From: Eledone cirrhosa
Lineage: Eukaryota
Length of the DNA stretch: 64,000 bases
NCBI GenBank assembly: GCA_964016885.1
Contig: OZ024742.1
Location: 142,352,001-142,416,000, forward strand
Direction: 5' to 3'
Below are positions 29,899 to 45,122 of this stretch, piece by piece. The notes under the pieces were generated by a model that worked only from the letters and a program-made list of their open reading frames with translations, was not told the DNA's origin and did not search any database. Within the stretch, counting starts at the first letter, position 1. Every line of letters starts with the position of its first letter. Both the position numbers and the translations under genes were made by a program.

Positions 29899-31110
29899 TT
29901 AATTGTAAGTTGTGATGTTGCTGTTCCACTCATATTTTCTATTTAATTTTGGTTGTAATTCTTTTATGCTTACTGCCTCTGTAATTTGCCTAAACATTGC
30001 ATCTTTTCTGTGTGTGGATTCTATTTTTATTTCTATGTTCTCTAATCTACCCCTGTGCTCTATCTTAGCATGTTGGTAGAGCACAGATGATTCTTTATTA
30101 TCTTGAAGGTCTCGCCAGTGTTCATTTATTCGTTCCCCTATACTACGAGCTGTCTCACCTATGTACACTATATTTTTGTTTCTACATTGTCCTTCAGTAC
30201 ATCTTATGCTATACACTACATTTCTAGTTTTACAGTTAATATGGGGGCTTATTTTACAGGTTATACATTTCTTATCTATACATGAGGGTCTTTGGAACGG
30301 GTATGTCTTGCTAATAAGTGTTTTTACGGAGGTACCTGGTCTTTCTACTATCTTAATATTGAGTTTATGTTTATTTAGGGCCCTTCTAAATTTGTAGGCT
30401 AGTTCGCCTCTAGGGGTTGTATTGATGAAAATTACACTCTGGTATTTATTGCTATCATACCATGAGTTTATTCTATTGGCCTTGTTCCTAGTTCTTTCTA
30501 TTCTATTCCAAAATTTGCTCCTATACAAGGGGTAGGTCCCATTTATGTCATTATTTACCATTTTTTCCCATTTGGTTCTGGCTCCTCTATACACTCTGAT
30601 TCTATCTCTCTGATTGTAGCCAGAGAACTGCATACGGTGGATGAAGTGTTGTATGTGTCTCTCTAGTTCTTCGGGGTTGCACATGCGGGACACATTTCTC
30701 ATCACCCGTACCAAATCCGCAATCAGTATGTTGATTTTGGTATGGTCCGAAATGGCCGAGTTTCGGTGGATCAGATGTTTGGAAGTCATAGGTTTGGCAT
30801 AATGGGAATGAAGGATTTGTTTTTGGTTGTTAATGGTATCTAACCAGAGCTCTATGTCTAGTACAGGTAATCGATGGTTGGGGTGTCTACTTGGGTAGTC
30901 TATAGTAACTCTAATGCTCTGGTGGATGGAGTTTGCTATTTGCTGGATGATTTCCATTGTGTTTTTCTCTAGTTCCTGACTGTTCTTTAGTGGGGGTGTC
31001 TTAACTACGATGTTTATATCATCTACGTAGCGGGAGTACATTATCAGGGTTAAGCTGTCTTCTAATTGTTCTTTAAGTTTTTGTTTAAGTCTACTGTCCC
31101 ACCATGCCAT
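29899..31110 (-). CDS. PLE B partial polyprotein: C-terminal half of RT (YVDD), thumb, Cys linker and GIY-YIG endonuclease
   Basis: 403-aa uninterrupted ORF: YSRYVDD, LPVLD, HYAKPM, CIDKKCITC, NVVY..YIGETARS..R..EH, EAV.I..P.LN. Confidence 0.85.
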   Translation of the reverse strand: MAWWDSRLKQKLKEQLEDSLTLIMYSRYVDDINIVVKTPPLKNSQELEKNTMEIIQQIANSIHQSIRVTIDYPSRHPNHRLPVLDIELWLDTINNQKQILHSHYAKPMTSKHLIHRNSAISDHTKINILIADLVRVMRNVSRMCNPEELERHIQHFIHRMQFSGYNQRDRIRVYRGARTKWEKMVNNDINGTYPLYRSKFWNRIERTRNKANRINSWYDSNKYQSVIFINTTPRGELAYKFRRALNKHKLNIKIVERPGTSVKTLISKTYPFQRPSCIDKKCITCKISPHINCKTRNVVYSIRCTEGQCRNKNIVYIGETARSIGERINEHWRDLQDNKESSVLYQHAKIEHRGRLENIEIKIESTHRKDAMFRQITEAVSIKELQPKLNRKYEWNSNITTYN

Positions 31111-31187
31111 GAATAAGTTAGCTATGTCGCCTGCAATGCTAACACCAATGGCTGCTCCTTCCTCTTGGGCATATGTTTTACCATTAA

Positions 31188-32162
31188 ATGGGCATATGTT
31201 TTACCATAGAGCTCTGGTTAGATACCATTAACAACCAAAAACAAATCCTTCATTCCCATTATGCCAAACCTATGACTTCCAAACATCTGATCCACCGAAA
31301 CTCGGCCATTTCGGACCATACCAAAATCAACATACTGATTGCGGATTTGGTACGGGTGATGAGAAATGTGTCCCGCATGTGCAACCCCGAAGAACTAGAG
31401 AGACACATACAACACTTCATCCACCGTATGCAGTTCTCTGGCTACAATCAGAGAGATAGAATCAGAGTGTATAGAGGAGCCAGAACCAAATGGGAAAAAA
31501 TGGTAAATAATGACATAAATGGGACCTACCCCTTGTATAGGAGCAAATTTTGGAATAGAATAGAAAGAACTAGGAACAAGGCCAATAGAATAAACTCATG
31601 GTATGATAGCAATAAATACCAGAGTGTAATTTTCATCAATACAACCCCTAGAGGCGAACTAGCCTACAAATTTAGAAGGGCCCTAAATAAACATAAACTC
31701 AATATTAAGATAGTAGAAAGACCAGGTACCTCCGTAAAAACACTTATTAGCAAGACATACCCGTTCCAAAGACCCTCATGTATAGATAAGAAATGTATAA
31801 CCTGTAAAATAAGCCCCCATATTAACTGTAAAACTAGAAATGTAGTGTATAGCATAAGATGTACTGAAGGACAATGTAGAAACAAAAATATAGTGTACAT
31901 AGGTGAGACAGCTCGTAGTATAGGGGAACGAATAAATGAACACTGGCGAGACCTTCAAGATAATAAAGAATCATCTGTGCTCTACCAACATGCTAAGATA
32001 GAGCACAGGGGTAGATTAGAGAACATAGAAATAAAAATAGAATCCACACACAGAAAAGATGCAATGTTTAGGCAAATTACAGAGGCAGTAAGCATAAAAG
32101 AATTACAACCAAAATTAAATAGAAAATATGAGTGGAACAGCAACATCACAACTTACAATTAA
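31188..32162 (+). CDS. PLE B thumb + GIY-YIG ORF with a junction-derived ATG (324 aa, lacks YVDD)
   Basis: Identical in amino acids to the left copy from IELWLD to TTYN; the first seven codons come from the junction duplication. Confidence 0.7.
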   Translation: MGICFTIELWLDTINNQKQILHSHYAKPMTSKHLIHRNSAISDHTKINILIADLVRVMRNVSRMCNPEELERHIQHFIHRMQFSGYNQRDRIRVYRGARTKWEKMVNNDINGTYPLYRSKFWNRIERTRNKANRINSWYDSNKYQSVIFINTTPRGELAYKFRRALNKHKLNIKIVERPGTSVKTLISKTYPFQRPSCIDKKCITCKISPHINCKTRNVVYSIRCTEGQCRNKNIVYIGETARSIGERINEHWRDLQDNKESSVLYQHAKIEHRGRLENIEIKIESTHRKDAMFRQITEAVSIKELQPKLNRKYEWNSNITTYN

Positions 32163-32400
32163 GGACAAAATGAAAACACACACAGGACAAAATGAAAACA
32201 CACACACACATAGAACAAACAACCAACCAACAATAAATAAATAAATAAATAAATAAATAAACAAATAGATAAATGAACACAAACACACACAGACACCCGG
32301 ATGTGGCGCATGCGCAAACTGAGCACACAACACACACACAGAAACAAAATGGCGTAGGATAGAAGAAAGGAAAGGTACAGAAACAAAGAAAGGAATCCCC

Positions 32401-32445
32401 AGTCACTGAAGAGGTCACAGAGTGTGTGACGAAAGGACTATGATT
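32401..32445 (+). ncRNA. Minimal type I hammerhead in the PLE B 3' UTR (right copy)
   Basis: agtca-CTGAAGA-g gtcaca gagtg tgtgac-GAAA-ggac-TA-tgatt. Confidence 0.75.
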
Positions 32446-33014
32446 ATATATAAACAACTATCTGGTTGTGGAACCAACCAACCAACCAGAAATTTATAAG
32501 TTTGTAGATTTGTAAATTTATAAATTTATAAATATATAATAAATTGAAGTGAAAGCAACTGGTGCGTGTGTTTCTTATTGGCAACATGACCCTCCCAAAG
32601 TATAACAATATCGGTTTCAACACACGATTTCAGATAAAGAATCTTGCTAAACAAATTCAGAAACGACATATATATATATATATATATATACATATATATA
32701 TGTATATATATAAATACATATATATATACATAAATATATACATATATACATATATATATACATAAATATATAAATACATATATATACACAAATATATATA
32801 TATATATATAGTGAAGGCTGAGTGGTTAGAGAATTGGATTCACAATCTTGAGGTTGTGAGCTCGATTCCTGGACCGGGCGATGCGTTATGTCCTTGAGCA
32901 AGACACTTTATTTCACGTTGCTCCTTCTACCTGGAGTTGCGACCGATAGATAGTATTAGCAACTGGAAAGACCGACGAAAACATTGTTTCCTCGGTCCGA
33001 ATTGACGAAAGTCG

Positions 33015-33100
<86 letters not shown>

Positions 33101-33260
33101 ATACATATACATATATATATACATATATATATACATATATATATATACATATACATATATATATATATACATATATATATATACATATACATATATATAT
33201 ATACATAAATATATATTAAGAGAGTAAAACAAAGAATCCTTTAATACATCAAAAGTTTTT

Positions 33261-33305
33261 ATTAGCCGACAATGTTTCGTTCTATTAAGGACTCATCAGG
33301 GCAAT
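33261..33305 (-). ncRNA. Hammerhead, mirror of 28698-28742
   Basis: Same motif with one stem II substitution (agaac versus aggac). Confidence 0.75.
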
Positions 33306-33647
33306 CAAAACAACAAGAAGTAATATCGGCAGATACAAGCCGGAATCTCCGAAGAATATGGAGTGTACATACACTAAAGTCTTGCAAAGATATATGATAA
33401 TAAAAATAAAAATAAAAATAATAAAAGTATATAATAAGTGTAACTAAGGATGTATATAACATTAAGAACCATATTACAAATATAGTCCAAAGCAACTAAC
33501 CTAAATCTAAACAAATTTGGTTATATAGAGCAGGAATTATATATAACACAATGTAATATAACATAATACATTATAATAATATACCTTTACCAACATTAAA
33601 ATTACAATTAAAAGTCAAAAGGTACAATATATACATGTATATATGTG

Positions 33648-33685
<38 letters not shown>

Positions 33686-33757
33686 TATATATATAACAAC
33701 ACGCGCATCTATGTTCAACTACACTACATAAATATATATATACATATATATATATGC

Positions 33758-33854
<97 letters not shown>

Positions 33855-33883
33855 TATATATACATATATATATATATATAGAA

Positions 33884-33970
<87 letters not shown>

Positions 33971-34002
33971 CATATATATATATACATATATATATATATA
34001 TT

Positions 34003-34209
<207 letters not shown>

Positions 34210-34217
34210 TTTTATAC

Positions 34218-34319
<102 letters not shown>

Positions 34320-36415
34320 CGTGTCTGAATTTGTTTAGCAAGATTCTTTATCTGAAAACGTGTGTTGAAACCGATATTGTTATGCTTTGGGAGGGTCATG
34401 TTGCCAATAAGAAACACACGCACCAGTTGCTTTCACTCCAATTTATTATAAATTAAATTTATAAATTTAAGAATTTAAGAATTTATAAATATCCGGTTGG
34501 TTGGTTGGTTCCACAACCAGATGATTGTTTATATATTGTCAAAGTTCTTTCGTCACACATTCTGTGACCTCTTCAATGACTGGGGATTCTTTTCTTTGTT
34601 TTTGTGCCTCTCCTTTGTTCTTTCCTACGCCATCTTGTTTTTGTGTGTGTTATGTGTTTAGTTTGCGCATGTGTTACATCCGGGTGTCTGTGTGTGTTTA
34701 TATTTGTTTATTTATTTGTTTATTTACTTGTTACTGGTTGGTTGTTTGTTCTATGTGTGTGTGTGTTTTCATTTTCTCCTTAATTGTAAGTTGTGATGTT
34801 GCTATTCCATTCATGTTTTCTATTTGGTTGGAGTTCGTTTATGTTTATTGCCTCTGTGATTTGTCTAAACATTGCGTCTTTTCTGTGTGTAGATTCTATG
34901 TTTATTTCTATGTGCTCTAATTTACCCTTATGTTCTATTTCATGTTGGTGGAGTACAGATGATTCTTTTCTATCTTGAAGCAGTGTTCATTTATCCGTTC
35001 TCCTATACTACGAGCTGTCTCACCTATGTACACTATATTCTTATCTCTACATTGTCCTTCAGTACATCTTATGCTATATACTACATTTCTAGTTTTACAG
35101 TTAATAGGGGGCTTAGTTTACAGATTATACATTTCTTATCTATACAGGGAGGTCTTAGAAAAGGGTATGTATTGCTAATAAGTGTTTTTATGGAGGTACC
35201 TGGTCTTTCTACTATCTTAATATTGAGTTTATGTTTATCTAAGGCCCTTCTAAATTTGTAAGCTAATTCACCTCTAGGGGTTGTATTGGTGAACATTACA
35301 CTCTGGTATTTATTGCTATCATACCATCAGTTTATTCAATCTGTGTTTGCATGCAGTTACCAGTTCGACGGACCAACTCCTATACAAGAAAGACGAACTG
35401 GTAACTGCATGCAAACACAGATTACGTAGGACTTACCTCGCCCTCAAACCCTATAATGACCCGGAGGGGGGGCGGTAGACAAGGGCTGTAACACCCCACT
35501 TGCCGACTTCGTAATGGGTAACCCCTGCTTACAAAGGTAGACGTAAGATTTTCTTATATATTTTTTATCGTTTCCTCTATATTTCCTTCTTCCCCCCATC
35601 CCTTCCTAGTCCTTCCACCCCAGTTCTTCTTCTTTGTCGTCGTTCTTTTCACCATCTCGCTCACCCCGAGTCAGCCCTTCGGTCTTCTGTAGCCTCAGTA
35701 CCCCCACCCCATCCCCTATTCTATGATAGAATTGGCCGACTCCGCTTTTTATAGCAGATGTGCTGTATTAATTTTTTCATATATATCGTACGAGCATTTA
35801 TGTAGTTTGCATTAGAATTTATGTATTGTAGCGGTACTCTTATATATTGTATTAGTATTCGTTTTCGGGATTCTGAATTATTATTTCGTATTAGTTTCGG
35901 GTCTCTGAATTATTATTTCGTATTAGTTCTGTTTAGTATTTTGGCCCCCTACTTGTTGACCTGTCATTGTAAGATAGATTTGGCCGATTACTACTACCTC
36001 ATAAAATTCTTTCACTACAATCTCGTATTTAGTATCCCGCCCCACCTATTAAACTTTTCTATAGTTTAGCAGTACCAATGAGAGACTTGATGATTGTGGT
36101 AGGGGAATAGTAACCAGAAATTGTGTTTTTTTATATTTTTAACATTCTTATTTTTCTATATAGATTTACTCCATATAGATTTACTTATTGTTTCGACTTC
36201 CTCCCCCTCCCCCTCTTCACCTCTTATCCTTAGGATTCTGCTGTAGTTGTCACTTTCAACGCACGACTGAGTTTCCTCCACTCCCTCTCCCTCTTTGTTC
36301 TACTGGCAAGTTCAGCTACCCCTTCCTTCCACAAAATGCCATGATAGAATTATGTGTCTCAACAACAAAGTTTTTACCAATCCCTGTGACAATCACTTTT
36401 ACCATATATGGAATT

Positions 36416-36511
36416 ACCCCCTGAGAAGCTCGGCTATTCATTTACCAGGATAAAAATGTTCATTTAGTCCAGAATTAGCCGTCGAAACGGCTTGAGCTCA
36501 GCCGTAGGGGT
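36416..36511 (+). ncRNA. Hammerhead-like motif with long stems II and III and a shortened 5' core (A' pLTR)
   Basis: acccc-CTGAGAA-gctcggcta...tagccgtc-GAAA-cggct tgagctc agccg-TA-ggggt. Confidence 0.55.
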
Positions 36512-36602
36512 CCTACTCGTTCCTATCACCCACTCTACTACCCTAAGTATTGAGTACTTTGGTGCGTGATGGTCCATCTGGTTCCTTACCACATTTCCTT
36601 CG

Positions 36603-36639
<37 letters not shown>

Positions 36640-36673
36640 CGAAACATAAGCATGAACTCATAATCCTTTATTT

Positions 36674-36729
36674 ACTGCTATATATATTTCGATGATAGCC
36701 ATTGAATGGCTATGACTTCATCAGGCAGT
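36674..36729 (-). ncRNA. Hammerhead, mirror of 25121-25176
   Basis: Same motif with G-to-A immediately after CTGATGA. Confidence 0.7.
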
Positions 36730-37938
36730 TAGTCAGTTCTTAGATATGCTGCTCTGTGTTTATAGTGTTGATGGTATCAGAGCCTTGGGACATATGAGCT
36801 TGTTAGGAATAATTTAATGTTGTCAGCAGGAATAGTCTTGATTCTCATTGGTCAGTTTGTAGATGGTAGTAGTGTTGGTATTTGACCTCAAAGAGGCATG
36901 TGGTGTTGTAAAGTTCAAACCGTCAGGCAAGATGACAATAGTTTCATATGATTGATTTTCACAAAAATCATTCCTGGTCAGATATATATTCAATTAAGGT
37001 TAATAGTATGAAATAGATACTACAGGTCATTCTTAAATTGAGGAATTTATGTGGAGTGGTGCTACTGAAATTCATGATTAGAGTAGAACATTTACAAATA
37101 AAAATACTTATGTAGGTTGGCTTGCACACACTCACACCCACCTCCACAGACACACATACACATACACACATACAAAATGTGGGGTGGTAATACTTAATAT
37201 AATGGTTAGAGTCCAATACTTAGATAGTTTAGAAAATTTAGAAATAAAAGGTTGACTTGTACATACACTCACACCTACCCCCTCAAACACTCACACATCT
37301 ACACACACAAATCCATTCAGGTGTGTATATATATATATATACATGTACGTATGTACGCACAAGTATATATATATATAAAATATATATATATACACAGAAC
37401 ATACATATATATAAAATATATATATATATACATAAAATACACACATACATAAAATATATACAGACATAAAACATACATACATATATATATATATAAAATA
37501 CACATACATATATATATAAAATATATACATATATATACATATATATAAAATACACATATATACACATATAAAATATATATATATATATACACATGATATA
37601 TATATACATATATATATAAAATCAGGTTCAATAAAACGTGGTTTATATGACTCCTAACCAGTAGAGGATCCACAAACTATGGGTGGTTGTTGTTGTCCAT
37701 TGGTCATTGGTATGGGTGTAGGGGACCTACAGGGGGGATATATATGTGTGTATGTGTGTGATGGGGAGCGAGTCTGTCTCTGTGCCTCTGTATACGGACA
37801 CGTGTGTATATGTGCGTGTGCGTGTGAGTGCTGATGTACGCGAGCATGTAGGCAGGCGTCAGAGGACGCATATGTTAGTTATATGGTTGTGTGTGTATGT
37901 GAGTCTGTGTATGTAGGTATATATATATATATATATAG

Positions 37939-40900
37939 TAAAAGGTATGACCCCGACAGCAGAGCTCAAGCCGTTTCGACGGCTATTTCAGGACTAAATT
38001 AGAATTTTTAACCTGGTAAATAAATAGCCGAACTTATCAAGGGGAACTTCCTTATATGGGAAGATTATAATTGTCAAGAGGATTGGTCAAATTTTGTTGT
38101 AAAGACAAGTAGATCTGTCATGGCATTTAGTGGGAGGTAGGAGTGGCTGAACTTGCCGGTAGAACAAAGAAGGAATGAGTAAAGCCAGTCAGGCGTTGAA
38201 AGTGAAATCTATACAACAGATTCTAAGGAAAGTGTATGAAAGAATGTTCTGGGGAAAAGGAGGAGGGGAGTATAAACAATAGGTAAGACGAAGACAATGA
38301 AAATAAAAATAAAAATATATAAATATAAAAAATGATATATTGAGAAATGAAAAAAACAAATACATTGGAGTCTAGAAACAGCTGCTATAATTAATAGGTG
38401 TTGCTGGTACGGCAAAGCTATAGAAAAGTTTAATAAGTAGAGAGTAAAATACTAAATAAGAGAATGTTGGAGTGGGTCGTGAAAAAATAATGCAAACTTT
38501 TCAAGGGGTCTAACACAGCTGTTATAAATAGTTAGTAAAGCGTAATCAGCCAATGCTATCATACAATTACAGGTTAATAAGTAGAGATAAGAAACTACTA
38601 AATGAGAAATATTGAAATTGAGAAATGGAGTAGTAACAAAAAAAAAGAAGAAATTACAGGGGTCTAACACATCTGCTATAAATAGTTAGTAAAGCGTAAT
38701 CGGCCAATTATATCTTTAAAATACTGGGGTGGGGGTACTGAGACTACAGAGGATGATGGGCTGCATCGGGGTAGGCGAAAGGGGAAAGACAGACGAGGAA
38801 GGAGATCGGGGGAAGAAGGAAACGTAGAGGAGAAAAAAAGAGGTACTTCTCCCTATGTAATCAGGAGTTTCCCCTAACTTATTCGGCAAGTGGGGGGTAT
38901 CAGCCCTTGTCTACCCACCCGGGTCGTTATGGGGTTTAAGGGCGAGGTAGGTCCTACGCAATCTGTGTTTGCATGCGGTTACCAGTTCGTCTTTCTTGTT
39001 TAGGAGTTGGTCCTTCGAAAACAACATTTGTAATGTTTCCTCCGAGTATAAGTTAAACGGACGACGTCCTCCCGTGTAAGAGTTAGCTCTGAACAGTAAG
39101 CTCCAAGTGAGATTGTAGGTTATATTATTATCTTTGAGGTCCCAGATGTGGCCCAAAAGTGTAGTGGCATGTCGCCGGACGGGTTTCGGAAAGTATGTCG
39201 GTGTTGGTAGAGCCGGGTCTTGAAGTCACAATCGGTTAATCCTATATAAGCTTTGTTGGAGGTGTCCGTCCTCACGTTGCACTGGTAGATCACGTTCCGT
39301 TCTCAGCATCTGTTCTTGTGTGGGCACATGGATCTATCAGGACAGTTATACCTCCTGGTCGGCTCTCCACTGATGTCTAAGTTATTTCTTCCATAGGGGT
39401 TGAGTTTTTTGTTGTTTGAGGAGACGATGTTTTGTGCGAAGTTAGGTGTGGTGCTGTAGGAGAGTTTGGTGGTGTTTTTGTTGATTATGTTGTGGTGGGA
39501 AGTGTTTTTCGAGGAGCCTAAAGATTTTCCCGATAGGTGTTGCCACCTCGGCATTGTGGGGAGGATTGAATCACGTTACATTGCGCCTGCTGGTTCCGCT
39601 AAGGGAAGCTGGATAAAAGGATATTTCCTCCCGGAAGCCACTCCGCTTGAGGGCCTGGTTTAATGAGGCGCATGTTCGTCGAATATCTACTCATTAGTGG
39701 ACAAACGAGATAAGCGGAGGGAGATGTTTTTAACCAGGTTATTGGTGATGTTTCTAGGATGGTTAGAGCGGCGGTGGATGTAGTGCAGGTTGTCGTTTGG
39801 TTTCCTGTATGGGTAGTACAGATCATTTTCGAGGTTAAGGGTAACGTCCAGGAAATTTACACGGGTTAGGGACGTTTGTAGGGTGATTTTAAATCCCCAG
39901 TCCCGGAAGAAGCTGATTAGTTGTTTACGGACCCGGTCTGTACTACTGGGGTTGTACCCTTTGGGGGTGAGGAGCCCATCATCTCGGTACAATCCACTGC
40001 CGAATGCAGGAAACATTTCGGTGAGTTTAAATAATAGGAATAATCCTATAAAATCTGTGACCTCGGCCGAATCCGTCGCGCCCATACTGACGTCGAAGGG
40101 TGAGTCGGGAGTTCTCTTTATCCCCTTGGGGTTGTCGAAAAGTAGGACTGTCTTCCTGGCGTGGAGAATGATATTTCTTTCCTGGTCAGTGATGGGCGTG
40201 AGTGTTTCGCCAAAGTCCAAGGCGGCCGTAAGGAGCGGTAAGGTAATAGATGCATAGTAACTCTCTATGTCAAACTGGATGAATTTTGTGTCTCGTTTGT
40301 CCTCCATATTCCTGAACCATGAGATTACTTCCTGGGTGTTGACCCATAGGCTAAGTCTCGTGTTTTGCTTAACTTTTGGTATAACGCGATCTAGAATTTT
40401 TTTTACTGATTCTCCCTATGTCCGACTTCGTTGGGTTTATAAGCCTGATGGATGGTTTGCGGTCGAAGTCGGATTTGTTGTCCTTCAGTGTGAAGTAGGG
40501 AATCCGTGGGTCTAGGGGTTCAGTGCGGTCGGCGACACCGAGACTGGAGGTAATTTGTTGTCCATCTCGATTTATGTCCTCGATAATTGAATGGTTAGCC
40601 TTTTTATAGGTGGAGTTTAGGCTGCTCCTGATCAGTGTGTGGTATCTGTCACGGTTGACGATATAGAGGTTTCCAGTTTTGTCCGAGTGCACCATGATGT
40701 CGTTGGTGTTTTCATACTCTGTTATTTTGCTACAGAGTTGTTGTAGGAATCTGTTGTGTCTGGGTTTGAATATAATGCTCTTGACCAGGTGGAAAAGGTC
40801 GTTCTCGAAGGGTGAGAGCATATGGTTCGGAGGGGGAGATTTGTAGGTATTGAATCCAAATCTCTCCTTGGTGTCAAAGTCCTGATTGTCGCGGTATCTG

Positions 40901-41134
40901 TCGTAGAAAAAGTTCTCTATCTTAGTCTTTTCGCAAAAAGGTTGATTTTTTGCGTCAGCATCCGAAGGTAAAGTTTTCTCGGTGGAACTGCGATGTTCTT
41001 GGTGGAGAAGTCGATGTTGTGTTTTCGCATGGTGCGAGTGAATAAACTAAGCTGGGTGGAAAAGTCGGGATATGGCGTGGTAGGGTTGGAAAGTGCTCTA
41101 CTACGGAGATAGGAGCTAAATAACGAGGGAATTA
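37939..41134 (-). mobile_element. Mirror copy of PLE A
   Basis: ORFs 39687-40307 and 40369-40821 mirror 21543-22163 and 20930-21481; retains YRDDG. Confidence 0.9.
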
Positions 41135-41269
<135 letters not shown>

Positions 41270-41301
41270 GAAAATTTCGCTCTACATGGGTGAATACAAT
41301 T

Positions 41302-41758
41302 AATGTAATCTGAGTTTTTCGAATATTAATAATTATTTCTACTTTAGGCACAAGGCCAGCAATTACCCAGTTCATTACTGGTACTTTATTTTATCGACCC
41401 CGTAAGGATGAAAGGCAAAGTTAACCTCGGCGGGATTTGAACTCAAATCGTAAAGGGACGTAACTATGCTGGAAAGCATGGCGTCCGACCCTCTACCGAT
41501 ACTGCCAATCCACCACCCTTTTTCGAATATTAATAATAACATTCGATTCGTTTGCACTTTTGCAAACAAACCTCAATATTATAGCCATGTCAGTAGAATG
41601 AACACTTCATTCTTCCTCTTGTGTTGGCATGCGAACATGGCTATAAAATTGAGGCTTGTTTGCAAAATTGCTAACGAATCGAACGTTATTATTAATATCG
41701 AAATTTATTAATATCGAATGTTTATTATTATTCATATTCAATAAACTCAGATTACATT
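41302..41758. mobile_element. Complete hairpin MITE with a nested SINE (41334-41520, -)
   Basis: Perfect 16-bp outer TIR aatgtaatctgagttt / aaactcagattacatt. Confidence 0.75.
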
Positions 41759-41781
41759 TATTATATATATATGAATATATG

Positions 41782-43551
<1,770 letters not shown>

Positions 43552-43612
43552 AGCGTGAAACTAATAAACCTTTGTTCGTACTGCCTCTCTGTTTTGTTCC
43601 CGTTCAATTTTT

Positions 43613-43681
<69 letters not shown>

Positions 43682-43822
43682 TATATAGTAATAATAATAA
43701 ATTTGAAAACTAAAATCCAAAGAGGGCTCGATGAGGATAAATATATATCAAATATATAAGAACCGTAGAGCAAATATTTATTAAAATCTGTTATTTTAAT
43801 AAATATATATATATATATATAC

Positions 43823-44190
43823 AATATTAAATAAATGGAAACTATATTTATAAAACCATATTTATTTCATTATATATATTTCGGGGGATATCATATTAAC
43901 AATATGCTATGCTTTCCTCAGACAAAATACAATATAAACAGTTTTATAGATAAATAGATTCGACATACCGTTATAACACCGACTTGCATTTGAGGAGGTC
44001 AAACTGGCAGTTTGACCTCCTCAAATGCAAGTCGGTGTTATAACGGTATGTCGAATCTATTTATCTATAAAACTGTTTATATTGTATTTTGTCTGAGGAA
44101 AGCATAGCATATTGTTAATATGATATCCCCGAAATATATATAATGAAATAAATATGGTTTTATAAATATAGTTTCCATTTATTTAATATT
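43823..44190. repeat. Near-perfect 368-bp palindrome (1-nt spacer at 44007) with a hammerhead-like motif in each arm (43865-43927 on minus, 44087-44148 on plus)
   Basis: gaggaggtcaaactg-g-cagtttgacctcctc at the centre; ttttgt-CTGAGGA...GAAA-tatata-TA-atgaaa. Confidence 0.9.
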
Positions 44191-44834
44191 ATAAATATAC
44201 TCCAAATATTTGTCGAGTGCTTTTATATCAGTTATAAATATTTACTAGTTGTAACCCAACAATTTTAAATATAACTTTCCATATATATATATATATTAAT
44301 AAAAGGAATTCCAACTTTGTCTGATTTACTCGTTTTATTTACAATCCTTTAAAATTTATAATGGTATTAGAATGAAATAGTATGGTAGAATATTAAATGT
44401 TAAGTGTTAATTGTACAAGTACTTTCATGCTTTCACAATCTTCAGGTTCATATTCTGTGGTGACAGTCAGGTTTTCAATTTTCAACCGTAATGAGATGGG
44501 TAAATTTTATAGTTCTGGTATGTCAAATTAATTTTTTTAATGTATCATGGATTACGTTACTGATTACATATTATATACAATGAAAAGTGGCTACAGAATG
44601 CTAAATTTTGCAAACTGTATTTTGACCAATCGGTGTGTAGTTTCACTGGATTACTAAAGCTGATTGGTTTAGGCGTCACAGTTGGTTGAGCATGTCTAAC
44701 GACTACTATTTGACCCTATCCAGAGCATCAATTGTTTTGCTATTTTTAGAAATGATGAAAATAGCATGTTCTAGGAATCATCACCATCAACATCACTTTT
44801 ATTATTATTATTGTTGTTGTTGTTGTTGTTGTTA

Positions 44835-45122
44835 GTGGTGCATGCTTCTTGGAATGTTGGAAATTCAACTCCTTCAATTGTCCTCAAATCTTTGTATGAA
44901 GTTGACCTAGCCTTGTGATGTAGGATTATCCTGAGGTAATATAATTCAGATTGATGTCTACTGAGAGATACTGTTGGAATGCGTCTAAGAGATTCACTCA
45001 TGAATTGTTGATCACCATCCAGATGTCCCTTTTTTCTTCTTTGCCACTTTTTGTCTGTCCAAGTGAAATATTTAGGAATATCAATATACAATATGTTTTG
45101 TGCCAGTGGGTCTCTAATATTC
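44835..45122 (-). mobile_element. Helitron RepHel fragment
   Basis: LY.DIPKYFTW...W..RK, ELYYLRIIL, TSYKDLRTIEG..FPTFQEAC, the conserved segment between the Rep and helicase domains. Confidence 0.8.

Larger units (their letters stand above)
29395..31188 (-). mobile_element. 5'-truncated Penelope-like element family B (left central copy)
   Basis: Open frame from FNGKTYAQEEGAAIG..ANLFM through YVDD to GIY-YIG; 3' UTR with hammerhead, ending in (TA)n. Confidence 0.92.

Noticed and set aside
39303-39306. In-frame TGA next to a Cys in Naiad-like A as possible selenocysteine
   Set aside because: The mirror arm has CGA (Arg), so this is a CpG transition; the other TGA replaces a conserved Trp.
43722-43765. 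Hammerhead-like gatgaggata...tatcaaatatataag
   Set aside because: Both core halves are damaged; could be chance in AT-rich sequence.
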